Of a stretch of 64,000 bases of DNA, positions 47,829-61,137 are shown one piece after another. The notes under the pieces were generated by a model that was given only the letters and a program-made list of their open reading frames with translations, did not search any database and had not been told where the DNA came from. The stretch is from Klebsormidium nitens (Eukaryota > Plantae > Klebsormidiophyceae): the NCBI GenBank assembly GCA_000708835.1, contig DF237167.1, positions 1 through 64,000 on the forward strand. Direction: 5' to 3'. How positions within the stretch are numbered: the first letter of the stretch is position 1; each line of letters begins with the position of its first letter. The translations under genes and the position numbers were made by a program.

Positions 47829-50254
47829 GCCGTTCCAGGACCCCCGGTCAGATTATACCGAAACCAACTGCTCGACGCTCAAGAGCAGCCATAGTCTGCA
47901 GACCAGCACCTCTGGCAGCATTACGCTCTCGCTGTTCTTAACCAAGTGCTGGGTGACCGCGTCGGGGGCAAGTCGCTCCTCTAACACCAGGTCAAGATTG
48001 TGAAGAGCGACCGGGAGATGTCAGTAACCGGGTTAGATCTGGACGGGGCTGCAACTCTGGAACCCGGAAATCTGGAACGTATAGGTGGCGGCTCAAGGCG
48101 AGTGCACGCTGCACGCGTTGCGCGTGGCCATAAATCACGGCCGGTTTGACCACGTTTTCGGCTGCCTGACGACGGCCGCGGCCGCGCCTGACGTCACCAA
48201 GTTTGAAGACGTTATAGCAGTACGATGCTAGATCCGGACTGCTTGGTAGGAAACCCGAAGCCTAACCACTGAGTCAAACCCCTGAGGGGTTTATCATTCG
48301 TTTAACAGGTCCGTCTGGCGTAGAACAGGGTAATTTATATTGACGGAAGCGCGCGCAAGTTGGTCAGATAGGAGGCGCCACAATCCCGTTGCCGATACAG
48401 GGCGAGGTAGGGGCTAGGACGGTTCTTTCTCAAACGCTTTCTCTTTCAAGCTGGTAAGGAATAAACCTGTTGGGTGGACGGTGGTTTCAATGGTTCAATA
48501 CTAGAGTCAAGCCGTCGCTTTCTTCTCATGCGCTGTTTCTGTCTAGTGCCTTCAAATTGCGCACCATGGTTTTGTTTCAGCAATCCGAAGCCTCTACTAA
48601 CCGCGGGAGCTTCCAATCGTGTTGAATCTGAAACGTCAACGGCCGAAACGATGTATACGTGCACTTGAAACCGGGTTAGGTTGACCTTGAAAACGGCCGC
48701 CCCCGGTCCATTGTCACATACACGCCTAGAGAAGTAGAACGCTCCGGTTCGATCGCTGTACACTAGTCGCCTTGGAAGAACGGCGAGCCCGGAAGAACGA
48801 CAGGGCGGCCGGCCCCAAGCTTTCGCCAGGCAGGCCCCGGTTTGTGCACATGCACTAGTAATTGGACCGAATAGGGGCTAAACCGGGCACGGCCCCGCGC
48901 CAGGCGATTCGTGTCCTCAGTGCAATGATGAGCTCTAAAGGATTGAAGTGTTTCAAAGCTGGTTCGATAGGCTCTATCTGGCAGTACGTAATTTCACATA
49001 CTATACTAACAGCTCGATTGATCATATTCCGATGTGCTCGGCTACCGCAAGGATGCATGAGCTTAATCATGTTCCGAAGTCCTGCATCAGTGATGCGTCG
49101 ACTCAAGAATGTTAGTCCGTAATTCACGGCCGGGGAATTGAATTGGATGATTACTAAGAATCATCATTATGTTTTGCTTCATGCGTGGCGTAGGTCGTTG
49201 GCCATTACTGAGGACTCAGAATCTGCCAAACTGATCATTTGATATCTTCAAACCGCTGGCAGTATAGCATTTTCCCGGTCATGCAAATGATTGACAGCAA
49301 AATAGCACCTATCTGTCAGCTGAGATAATCGCCAATAAGTACTTTCTGCAAGTTTGATCATGAGTTGGAGAACGAATCAAAACAAGTAATCAAAGGACAA
49401 TGAGCCTTGGAGATGATCGAAGTTTCGAACGCCTCAGGCCTGCAGATAGATATGGTGATAGCTAGCAGTACCGTTAACTTCTTGGGCGAGCCACCGAGCT
49501 AACCATAACACAACCAGCGCGTTCGACGAAGCTTCTGTCTCGTGGTATTTTGGCCGGGCAGAAATTAAAGAAGATAATTCGAAAACGAGCGTCGGACTGA
49601 GGCCGCTACATTGAGGCCTTCAACAGAAACGAGGCTTATTTTTGAATGTGGAGTACATGCATGTAATCTCAGGTTCGCGACTTTCTTTGAAACACATTCG
49701 GTACATCACTGATATGTGAAGTCTAATCAAAGAACGGAAGTCATTCGATCTTATGCACTTCTCCTCCTCGCGGCTTGCATGTGGGCATGATCCGTTCGTC
49801 TTGTTTCTAGGCGCGTAAAGTCCTGATTTCCAATCGTTTCGACCTTTGACCTTCAAGTTGAAAGAGGTCGGTTGATCACTACGTTGGATCGGTAGCGTTC
49901 AATTGAACCAGGGCAGGCCCGCACATGCATTGTTCGCGGCTCCTTTAGTTGAATTGGATATTGAATCCGTTCGATCATATTAATGGATGCATTAAGCATC
50001 TGAGCAGCCTGAAAGCAATCAACAGCTATCATCCATTGCCATTTGAGGCAAGTCTGTAGAGTCTGCATCAACCTGGCAGAGATAAGACCAAAGCAATACC
50101 TTGCCATGTTACCAACTGTGACGTTACCACTTGGAACAAGACGTCCTCAATGGAAGTCAAGCTTGTTTAAGCCAGAACATTCGAACGGTTCCGCAACGGT
50201 TGAATGGTACTGTCACTATTACAATAGTCCTCTTCTAATGCCGTATATCTCCAA

Positions 50255-51900
50255 TTATTGCCTTACCCTAATCAAAGTGAACTCGCTGCAATGGCCGCAG
50301 ATAGAGTTATCTTCTCTATTCACGATGGCATACCCTAAGTTTGCCAAGTGCGACATAAAGACTGCCAACTCGCTTAGGCTCACCATCCGCCCACTCCACA
50401 TGAGAGTCTTGGCCGCGGGATCCGGCGTCGTGCCCTCATACATACCGCCGTAGTGCAGCTCAAACGACACCTGTGCGGGCAACGGGTCGCTCTCCTGCCA
50501 CAGCGACATGACGTCATACTCGAACCCTTCAATGTCCATCTTCAGCAGGCTCACTTCCTCGATCTGATTGTCCTGCACCGCCTGTGCGAGCGTGATGAAC
50601 GCCGGGTCTTCCGCCGCCTTTTCCGGGCTCCCCAGACACTGCTTGTGGTAGTGGTGACGTGGGCCGCGGCTGGCGCCCGCGTACGTGCAGTCGAAGGTAT
50701 GCACCTCGCAGGGCGTGCTCGCGAGCATGGAGTCTTCAAAATCGAACTGGCCGTTGCTCCCAAGCGACAGGATCACGCACCCCTCCTTCAGCGCCTCAAC
50801 GCCGCAGAGCCACTTGCCGCCGTCGCCCTCGAGCCCCCACCGCTTGAGCGGCATTCCGGGGGGGCATCCGACGAAGGGGCGGAACAGGGAGAAACGGTCG
50901 TGGCCGGAAGGCTCTGTCGGCGTCCGGGGACACGTCTTTTCGTCGCACTCGGTGGTCGAACGGTACAGTGTTGCCATCCTCGGGAAGAGGCTGCCTTGCC
51001 AGCGGGAAAGGCTCTCGGATGCACGCTCCCAGTACGCCTCTTGCGCACACTGAGGCCCGCCTAGACCTCTGCGGCAGTCGAGCCCCGAAACCTGAGGAGA
51101 AACGAGGATAGGGTTTCAAGAAGTTGGAGAGGCCGTTTCGTTCTTGCGAAATACAGCTGTCTGGCAACGGCGAAGCTAGCCCAGCGTCCCGCATGGTGTC
51201 GTTTGGGATGAGATTGTGGCGCAAGTTCAGCTCCTGATTTTACGTCTGATAGTCGAACGGTGTGGGAAGAAAGCGCTTGGTGATAAAGTTTGGGGCTTGA
51301 TGAATTGGCTGTGCGATGGCGTTTCCAATGCTTATCAACTCAAAAGTGTTAACACGTCCAGATAACACAGTAGCCGAATAACTTAGCCAAGCTGGTTAGC
51401 AGGAGAGCTAGTATGAATTGGTCCACACTGTCTTGCCTTGTCTGTCAGCATCGGTTCTTGATGTCAAAACGTTCAAAGGTAAACTTGCTAATAGTCATTT
51501 CGATCCAGTGTGCAAAACTCTTGCATCTTTGTACGGACGGGTTCTGAATCAATCGCTTCCATCTCAGAAACCTGCAACACTTATGGCCATCGAAACCAAC
51601 GGAATATGCATCTCCTTTGGCTGTCTAAAGCTTACTTAAGAAAGCAGAAAAATGAGAAGGTGAAGATCATATAGCTCGGAAGTTGTGACTTCTGGCACAC
51701 CTTCTTGATGAAGCAAAGCTGCAGAAACTTACCTGCAGCTTCTCATCCCGGATAGCCACGCCCCGACCGGTGCGGGCAGGAACAAGGAAGACGACAATCA
51801 GCACACTGGTCGCGACAGAGAGAAACAGAATGCGGATGTCTTTGCTGATCCAGTCCTTGGCCACCGCCGCGACATCTCTTGGAGACTGTGTGGACTTCAT
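50255..51900 (-). CDS. Methyltransf_22 / FkbM-like SAM-dependent methyltransferase, ~334 aa, type II membrane; exons 51733..51900, 50255..51091
   Basis: TM ILFLSVATSVLIVVFLVPA; motifs GDGGKWLCG, CVILSLGSNGQFDFE, CEVHTFD, LLKMDIEGFEY and QVSFELH; phase-0 intron GTAAGT..CTCAG. Confidence 0.88.
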
Positions 51901-54492
51901 TGTCCCTAGCAGAATCCTGCAGATAATAAGGGCAGTATGAGTATTCTGGATAAACTGTCTGCAGCGGAAGCAGAGAGCTAGGTCACAGAAGGAAGATCAA
52001 AAGACATAACCATTTCAAGGATTGCCAAACCCCTTGATAAAGAAAACGCTCAAGGTGTTGGCAGCGTCAGGCTCGTCGCTTTTGTACCATGTTCTGCTCG
52101 TCATATGGGAGGATGCGTGCTTGAACATTGAGTGCCACAGTTCTCATTCTTCTACTTCGCTGAATATACCTTTAGAGAGATCACTGATGGAGAAAGTTCA
52201 TTCAGACTGAACTGAAAGCCCTCTGGGGACAGGCAGAAGCTTAGAAGCATTTGGCATTGCAGTCTATCAACGACATCAAAGGGACTCTTACCTTCTGTCA
52301 GGTCTTGCCGAACCAGGCGTTGAAACCAACGTAGGGAGGGCCCCTGATATTGCCGCTGATATCGATGCAGGAAGCTTTCTCGCCGGCGCTCTTTTGTCTA
52401 CTTTACACCCGACGTGCGCTCGTTGCGACAGGTTAAAAACGTTTCGCTCTGTTCTTTACAGAGTGCTTTTACTGCATAAGTGGCTAGCAGCTGAACGCAT
52501 GCTCGCAGCCTTCGTGTAAAGAATTATCTTCCTATCATGAAGCATAAATCTAGCTATGTTTTCAATTGCATGATTGCCAGGAGCACGAAGCTGGCAGGGC
52601 AGCAGGATTTTTGGCAATCTAGTATTCTGGATTGTGGCTCTTTTTCTTGTCAACCTTCTGAAAGAGACGCAAGCTGCACCGTACTGAGTCTAGCAAGCAA
52701 AAGTTTTAGAGTACTTTAATTCGTAACACAGGGGGCGCAAGATGTGGCACTAGTGCGACTGTCAAATTGCAGCTCAGGGAGCCATATTGGTTGCTTCTGA
52801 GCTCGAGTCCCCACGAGCTTGCGCTTTGTTGGAGCTGGCCGCGCCAAGCAAGCACCAGCAGCGTCCAACTGCCCGCGCAACGAGGCGATTTAAGTAGAAT
52901 GTATTTCGTTACGGTTATAACTTTTATGTTGATGTTACAACGGTACTAGGACGTACTTATCAACCTAGCTCGAGTACAATTACCGTCATTTGATCGAGCT
53001 TGGGCCTCCTTGACACAGTACGGTAATCTGTCGGGCACGGTCCCCTTGATCGAGTGGAGTGTCAAGTCCACACTTCAGCACTGAGAGGGCGACATTCTCA
53101 GGAACAGCTACTGAGCTAGCTCAGCAGACGTTGCCGCCGGACTTCGAGGAAAGAAAATCCAATCTCATCGGACGATGCAAACGTTGAGGCTCGGGGCTGC
53201 CCCCGTGCATCGACGGCTGAAAACGTTTCAGGTCTGTGACAGCTCAGGTTTTCTTGGAATAGGTACCGGTAATACGTACACGATTTGCACTCATACCGTA
53301 GGCGCGGCCGCTCGAAGTCAGAGCACGAAAGGTACCAAACGTACGCGAAGGCCGGCCGGTGAAAGTGGATGACAGCTACACCGGCCGGCCGGCTGATCAC
53401 CACATTGTACGGTACCTACATGCATCTGCTTGCACGGTAGCCCGGCCGGGCCCGGGTGTAATGCCTGCCGCGGCAACAGCATCGATCTTTTTCACATGGC
53501 CCAAGGTAACGTGGGCCGATCAAAGGATGCTCTATGCTTGGATTGGTTGCATGTTGGCATGTACTCGGGTAGTATTGATCTTGTAATGTGAACCACCATG
53601 ATACAGGAGGTGACTTCCACTGGTCTTCAATGCAAGAGAGCAGAGAGCCGCACAGAATCAGAGTCTAGTACTTACTCGTGGATCAATCTGCAGGGCGTGA
53701 CCGCGCAAGGGAGCCTATTAGGATCGGAGAAAACGACTGGCACACTTGACAACCGGTTGCAAGAAGCGAGAACTACATCAAAGGATTAACCCCGTTTCAG
53801 GCCTTGAAAAAAGCGGAAAAAGGGGCAGTTACGCCGTTGATGATTCCGACCTACCTGAGTGAAAGCAATGCCTCTATAGTCGGCCCTAGCTCACTAGCTC
53901 CCTCAAAGGCACTGGTCAGGAAAGATCCGATTTCGGCTGGCACCCGGCCGGCAGTGGTGCCAGCGGGAGCCGCGTGATAAACAATTCACTGTCTCAGCAG
54001 GCGCTTTAGACATGCAGAAGATTGGGAAGACAGGCCGGCAGACAGGCTAGACAGGCTACACCAGTCGGAGAAAAGCGCTGGTACCCTGCACTCTCTAGCT
54101 AGCTTGGCGCAGTATACGTCATACTGTCAGCTCAATCGACTTCGTGAGGGTAAAGAACTTTCAGGCTTGATGCTTCAGTGGATGAGTGAGCGGGTAATGC
54201 GCTCAGTGGCAAGGCGCACCGGATTTGGCCAGTGCACCTCTTACTCACATTCCTGGACGGCTCCGACGTCTGCAAAGTGGTGTGATTACTAGTACTGTGC
54301 TTTCGAAGCCTGGTTGATTGAAACTATTGTCAGCCAAGCTTCGGTTCGGGCTAATTGATCCAGCATTACATCCGACTCACATCCTGCGCAGTCAGCCGGG
54401 TCCGCACGCGGTCTCTTTTACACGGGCTACCGCTAGTGCTGATTCGTTCGGACGCTCAAGGAAATGCGCAACTCCACAGAGAACAGAGTATC

Positions 54493-56317
54493 ATGGCAGC
54501 CGGCACGCCACTCTTGTTCGACGGAAGGGGCAAAGGAATCGCCACCAGGGCGGCTTGGCTGTTGTTGATGCTGTTATTTTTCTTCACAGCATTACTCGCG
54601 GGGCACCTCTGGTGGGAACAAGACGGCTCCTTTGAATCGGTCATTAGCAGAATGGTACCCTGGCAGTCTAGTTTTTCCACCCTTGCGTCGAGCTTGCGCA
54701 GCAATCCTGGCGGCCAGCAAAACTCGTTTCCGGCATTGCAAGCTGAATTGGGTAAAGGTAATGACACGTCCAGTGAAAGTGAGCGTGTGAACGCATCAAT
54801 TTCCAACCAGGACCTGATATTTGAGCCGGCTGGTAGCTGGGTAAAAAATACGAGCGCGACTGGTGAAGTAAAGTTTGCTTACTACAGCAGCCCAGGATCC
54901 AATTCCTTGGCTGGTGGCCCGAAAGAATTCTCCAGGGAAGCAGCGCACAAGCTTCTTGGTGGCAAATGGGTGTACTTTTGGGGAGACTCTACAATGAGGC
55001 AGGTTTTCACCGCGTTTCAGAACGGCATCCAGGGCTCTGAGCTCTCCTTTGAGGTGAGCACATCCTCATGGTAATGTGCTTGCAAGTTCCGTTCCTGAAA
55101 GGGGCCACATGCAGGTTTTCAGGGAACTACAGCTTTTGAAACTTTTGGCTTGGTTTCTGGGATTTTGCAGAAGTGGTCGCTAGTACAGGAAAGCTATTAG
55201 GACCTCGCACAGTGTGCTTCTGAATCCGTCAAAACTGGGGACACTCTTACGTGAGCACTCGATCAGTGGGGGCAAACCATGCCTGTGAGACTAAAGCACT
55301 AGTAGACGGCCTTCACAGACCCACTGATTGAAAGCAGGCTGAAACTTCAATACGAACGAGAAGGGATAGACTCATGAGCTAAACTGGGACACTTACATAA
55401 ATGGGTGCCTGATCCTAAGTAAAGAGCGTTCTGTCACTCTGATCAAGCTCTTCACGATTCTTTCAGCAAGCTCACAGCAACGCAGCGCAAGCTTTCCCTA
55501 CGCTTTTTTTCAGCTCTTCCGAGCTTCATGAAGTCAACGGGGTCGGTTCTGCGCGCAGGCCTCCTGATCTACAAAAGCCTGAGGTGCTCAGAACCTTGCT
55601 CCGGCAGCCACACTCCGCGCAGTTTTTAAGCTGCGTCCAAGTTCTGACGGTTCGCTTGTTGGACGCTTTTTTCAGGAGTCCAAGTCCAAGTTCCGGTCGT
55701 CGAGTCCCCAGGAGGGCCGCAAACCGTACACGCCGCTGCCCCATGACGACACCCCCTGTTGGATCAACGAACACGTGGAGCACGAGGATTTGCTGCTGCC
55801 CCACTCCGGGCAGGCTGTCAACCTGACATACGGCTGGAAGCACTTTCTCTTCGAGGAATACGACGTCACCTTTCTGCAAACCCAACTTCCGAACCTGCGC
55901 GCTGGCAGGCTCCCTGACGTCATCGTCATCTCATCGGGGCTTCACAACTGTTACCACTTCAAAGACGCCCGGGCGTGGGAGGATCAGCGCGATCTGGACG
56001 CGTTTCTCACTGAGCTAGACCGCGTCCCGTACGCTTTGCCGCCCATAGTCTGGCTTGACAACGTCATCTTTGACAAGCCGGCTCCGGAAACCGGCTACCC
56101 GGAAGCATGCCGGCGCTTCAACGAGTATTACCGGGCGCGGATCCGAGCTCGAGTGCTGAGCGGGGACCGCCGGGACTCTCTTGTCAGTCGAGAGCAGATC
56201 ACGTGGACAGCGCCGTCAGAGCTGTGGGGAGACCAGTTGAGGCTCCACCTGGCAGCTGACGTGTACACCGTTGTTGCTGGGTTTGTGCTACAAGCTATGG
56301 AAGCTTTGCGGATATAG
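54493..56317 (+). CDS. SGNH/GDS-motif protein, PC-esterase/TBL-like (putative polysaccharide O-acyltransferase or esterase), ~400 aa, type II membrane; exons 54493..55053, 55676..56317
   Basis: TM WLLLMLLFFFTALLAGHLW; motifs GKWVYFWGDSTMRQVF (GDS), PDVIVISSGLHN and a C-terminal GDQLRLH (atypical Asp-His spacing); phase-0 intron GTGAGC..TTCAG. Confidence 0.75.
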
Positions 56318-58483
56318 AGACGCAATCAGGTGGGCGATTTTATTCTTCAGTTTTGGTCAGCAGTCTCCGCTTGGTCAGAGTTCTAAACACGACAACTCAT
56401 ATCCGCTCTTTGTGATGTCCCTCTCTACTCAGAATCGGAAGTGGAGAAGCTGATGGCCACACCGTAAACCGGTCTGAGCACGTCACCGACTGAACATCAG
56501 CTATAGAACATGTTTTGCGAACCGGCCTTCTAAGTTCGTTGTCAGCCAACCTTAGCCTCTATCATCTGCGACTTTGCCGCGCTTGTGGGCTCGTTCCAAG
56601 CATCAAAGTGACCCGTGCAGAACGGCGCCGGCTGTCCCGGCCCTTAAAAAGTTTCTAGTTTTAGGGCCAGCTTTACAGGAAAGAATGGGGAGAGGGGAAT
56701 TTTCGGGGACACCCTGACGTGGCATGTGTTCGGAATAAAGTTGTTTCTCGTGAAGTTCAAATGCCGTTAACCGTGACGTTTCCCCAGAAACCTTGTTCGA
56801 GACTTGATGCGAATGCGCTGATTTAACTGCGAATCATCTTTTGAGTTTCTCAGCCCTGAGGGATCAACGTTGTAGGACCGCTTTCGTACTTCGATTTGTT
56901 TGGCCGTTCGAAAATTTGTACGTTTACACGGATGTCGGCATCAAGCTTCTCGCCTGCAGGCAGCGATGAGCCGCATCGGAGTCCGTCGTTAAAGGTACTG
57001 CAGAAAGCGCCTCAGTATGCTCATAAATGGTTGAGGCACTTCATCAGAACTAACGTTGAGCCTCCATGTTTTCTCGCTGCTCGTAGGAATCCGGCGCTTC
57101 CTGCGACACCGTCTTCCTCGTTGCGAGTCATTATCGCTTGTACAAGGCAATCGTTTGACCGCCTGCAAAAGTGCTGGAGATTAGTCCTTGATTGCTTATC
57201 GGAAGAGCGGAATCTGTAAGTTCATCAGGAGCCCCGGGTCAATTAAGTTCTCTGCCCAACGCTTTTGGGCGCCGGGGCTTATAGCACACGTCAGCATGAG
57301 GACCTTGTCAATTACCCTCCTGTGCTTTAACAGATGGAGCCTGAGTCAACTATAGCCCCCTTTATTTGACTCGAAGATTTAACATGATAGCAATCTGGCA
57401 ATATATCGCATCGTACTGGTCTGCACTCACGAGATTATTGCATTCCTTTCCACGTTCTCTACGCCGCCTTAGAATGGCCAGGCTGGCTACGGAAGAATTG
57501 TCTCACTGTATTATGCCGGATCATTGGCGAAGCTTACGTATGATGTCAATCCGAGTTGTTCTCGAGGCAACTCACGCTTGGGGAATCCCCGATCGAAATT
57601 GAAGATGGTGGCAACTTATGTCTGGCACTTCTCGGATGCCAATCCTTGTTTTTCATAAAGTTCCAGATGCATGACAGCTAGTTTAAGCTTGTATAAACGG
57701 ACAGCCAGGCGTACTAGATATATCATGGATGGACCTCAAAGCGCAACAGTGATGTGCCTCGGCATCTCGGGGCCGGACTGGCCGTGAGGGGTCGCGTAGT
57801 TACGCATGCACTATGCCGCAAGCAGATTGGCTACGTTTTCTTTCGACCATATATCATTCGGTTCGTACATTGCTATGTTCAGCCCCAGGGCTTTGCACTG
57901 CCAGCAGATACTTCGCTGTTTACACACTTCGAGTGCACGCAATGGTAGGAAAGATAGAGCTATCCTCCGGGCCGGTCGGCCCGGCCAGGCTCATAAGCAA
58001 GCCTTAGGTAGGCACCGTTCAGTCTGAGTGAGCAAAGACGCCTGATGCTGAGACAGTAGCATAGTCAGATTAGCCGACGTGATCGGCTTGGTGCTTTTGC
58101 GCGCTGCAAGTCACATCCCACGATCATATGCAGAAGCATCCGACGCAGTGACTGACATACGTATGTACAGGCCTTCCCATGGGAGCTTTTCTAACCCGAT
58201 ACAAGACTTAGAAGCAGATGACTAATGAGGAGAGAAAGATTTGGTAGTCATCTGTGCATGAGCGATATGATCAACACGTTTTTCCTGAACGAAGCTCAGT
58301 CGCAGCATGCTGATTACGTGGTCCAGCGACGAGCTCGTCAAAATGACGATCTAATTGGCCATTGTCCGTTGACGGAAAGGAATTCTGAGTTCTAGACCGG
58401 TCTGAATAATCGCAAACGTTTTCAAACAGTGCAATCAAAACCTTCCCCGATATGTTCGACGCCTAGTTCCGAGATACCTCAAT

Positions 58484-61137
58484 CTAGACAAGAGTGACTC
58501 CTCTTTCAGAATCTTGGCAACTCCTGACAGCTCTCGTCACATTACTCCCGCGAGCAAAGTTGAAGTCTTCAACGGAAAGCCTGAGAGGGCCACACGCGAC
58601 TGCTTGCGGCGGAAAATGGTAACACGGCTCAGCAGTCGCGCTCTCTACACAGCCCATCTCGGAAGTTGCAGAGTCGTGGTCGATTAGCCACGCGCGCGAG
58701 TCCCCAATGGCGCGCGCTATGTACCCGAACGTCGAACCCCGGGTAATCATGAGCGTATCAGCATATCCCAACAACCATACGTCGGCGAGAGCTTTTTGGT
58801 CGTGGCTACGCGTGTTCGTCTGCTGCGACCCCTCGTGCGACACCGTATATATGTCCACGTGTCGAGTTTCTAGGCTAGCATTATAGGCTTCTTGCAAATC
58901 TTTGACAATCGTTTCGGAGAGCAGTGAAGCGACCATCACCCTCCCGTAATCCGGGCGTTCGTTCGCGTCTTTGGTCGAGTTGGTTGCGCGGTCTTCTAGA
59001 GACACCCTGCGAAGTGAGAACGAAGTTGTCGGGTCAGTATTGTCAATGGGGTTCTCGATTTGCTTTCAGAGATTTGCAGATTTGGAAGCCAGAACCCTGT
59101 CTCTCACAGAGGCCACGTTGGAGTCCCAACAGAGGCCACGTGGAGTCCAAATGCTGGAATAAAGCCGACATGCATGCTGATAAACTTCTGCATCAATACA
59201 ACGTTTGTTTCTTCTGGATACATGACATTCGAAGGCACTATAAAGGCACTGCCTGTCACCCAACCTTGAAACCCACAGATCTCGAAGCCTCTACAAGTAT
59301 CATTAGAGAGTACTGCAAAACTTTGCTGGCAATCTTACGTGGGTGTACCCACCTTACGTGTACATACAGACTCAACGAACACAGCTACAAAAAAATCCAT
59401 GACAATCATTTGATCACTAACCAGATTTCTACTCTTCCAGATAGTCCCGTTCAGCAATCAAGAAAAACTCCGCCGATCCTTCTGGTGCATTAGACAGTGG
59501 AGGGCCCTTTCGAAGAAAGGAGGCACTTATCGTCACAATTGGGGACGTTTGGCAACAACTTTGCCGGAGAACAATTCGTCCGTTTACCTGGGAAGCATGC
59601 CTGTTGTGTAGCCACAGCTGAGGAGGCTCTGCAGATGGACCGGTCCATACGCTCCCGATCCAAAAATGTTTCCAAATCGACTCTGGATTGCTGCAAAAGA
59701 AAACCATTCGCCAGAATGAACGGTCCGCGCGCAATATGTAAGTACTCCCCAGGTTTTGGTTTACGACTCGGCTACTCAACAAAAATGCTAACATTCACGA
59801 ACGAGGGGCGGTGCCTTGCTAGCTGGATTTGGCAGCAAGAAGTCGTGAGCGTAGTGGACATTATCTATCCCTCTCGTCGTCCTGAGATGGTCGTCATTCG
59901 TCCAGTTCCCAGTCAATTTCGGCCCAAATTTTCTTTGCTAGCTAGCGATGCCCACATTCTTGGCTAACTTTGGCAGCGACTTACACTCCACTCCAAAGCA
60001 ATGCATAGCAAGAAAGAGCATACCCATATCTCGGCCTTACTTACCTGTCCGAGCACCGGGCTTGGACATCTTCTCCGCATGCGCCGTTTTGACGAGCTCC
60101 CAAACGCTGTCGGCTGGATTTACAAATCGCCGCAGAAGCACCCGTGCTGGCCGATTATCCGGAAACAGTGTCTGCAGAAGTGGCTGGAACCGCCGCTGGG
60201 AATACAGTGAGGGAAGCCAGTACTGGTTGCCGCTCACCGCAACAAATTCCGACTCTTCTAGTTCCCAGGTCGCCTCCTCACAGAAGGTCAGAGACGGGTT
60301 CTTCCAAAAATCAAGGATGGCCACGCTTGCATTGCCAAGAGTGGCGCGGCCGATGCCGTTTGGCCCGTCTGCAAAGTTCTTCAATACCAGGTTGGGGTCA
60401 AGCCGCCACTCCGAGCCGGGAAAGGGCTGACAAAGGAGCTCGTATGACAAGGCCCCCGGCGCCTGAACAACCAGCACTCTTGCCGTCAGCATAGCGTACA
60501 GAAGCGCGCTCGTCAGTGCGAGGAGCTGGTTGCCTAGCCCAGAACAGTTGCACAGCTCGGCAACGATCAGAAACTTGCACGGCGCCGCCCGTCCACCGGC
60601 AGCCGTGAGCTCGCTAAGATTCCCTGCTGCTTGGGTGCATCTCGTATGGAATCCCTCATATGCTTCCGCCAGCCTCTTGAAGGCAGGCGATCCGCTCCCA
60701 AGCGGGGACCATGGCTGGTAAGCTGAGTGCTCCACTCTGTATGAGCATTTAGGATCCTCTAGTCCGCCAGACGCGCTTTTCACAGGTGTTCCCAGACCGA
60801 CGTCCAGCCGCGCTAGAAGCTCAAGTAAGGCTGGCTCGTCCGTTTCTAGTTGCTGTGGGAGATCCTCGCGCTCAGTCCCGTGGGTTGGAAAATGGCAGGC
60901 AGGCAGGGGGGATCCCGTTGCATTCTCGCCGAAGGCGCCACAGTGTGCAGGGCACGCAGTGCGCTGCTGGTTTGCACCTGACAGTAGAAAGGTGAACGCT
61001 AGAAAGACGATGACAAGGACGGGTACCATCAAGATCATGTGCTGCGACTGTCGTTTTGACCAGGACGGCAGGTGCTTCAGACTTGCAGCCCGCAACTCGC
61101 CCGACCGTGTGGGGCTGAGGAGCTGTGAGGGGTCCAT
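58484..61137 (-). CDS. FUT: GT37 xyloglucan/AGP alpha-1,2-fucosyltransferase-like protein, ~572 aa, type II membrane; exons 60045..61137, 59588..59690, 58484..59006
   Basis: TM MILMVPVLVIVFLAFTFLL; motifs SGLGNQLLALTSALLYAMLTARVLVV, SGNQYW, SHEGSQQT, KALADVWLL..DTLMITRGSTFGYIA and EPCYHFPP match plant FUT (GT37) motifs; splice phases 1 and 2 are consistent. Confidence 0.92.

Noticed and set aside
48855-49160. Possible MITE with TAGTAAT/ATTACTA ends
   Set aside because: Only ~7 bp of inverted match; insufficient.
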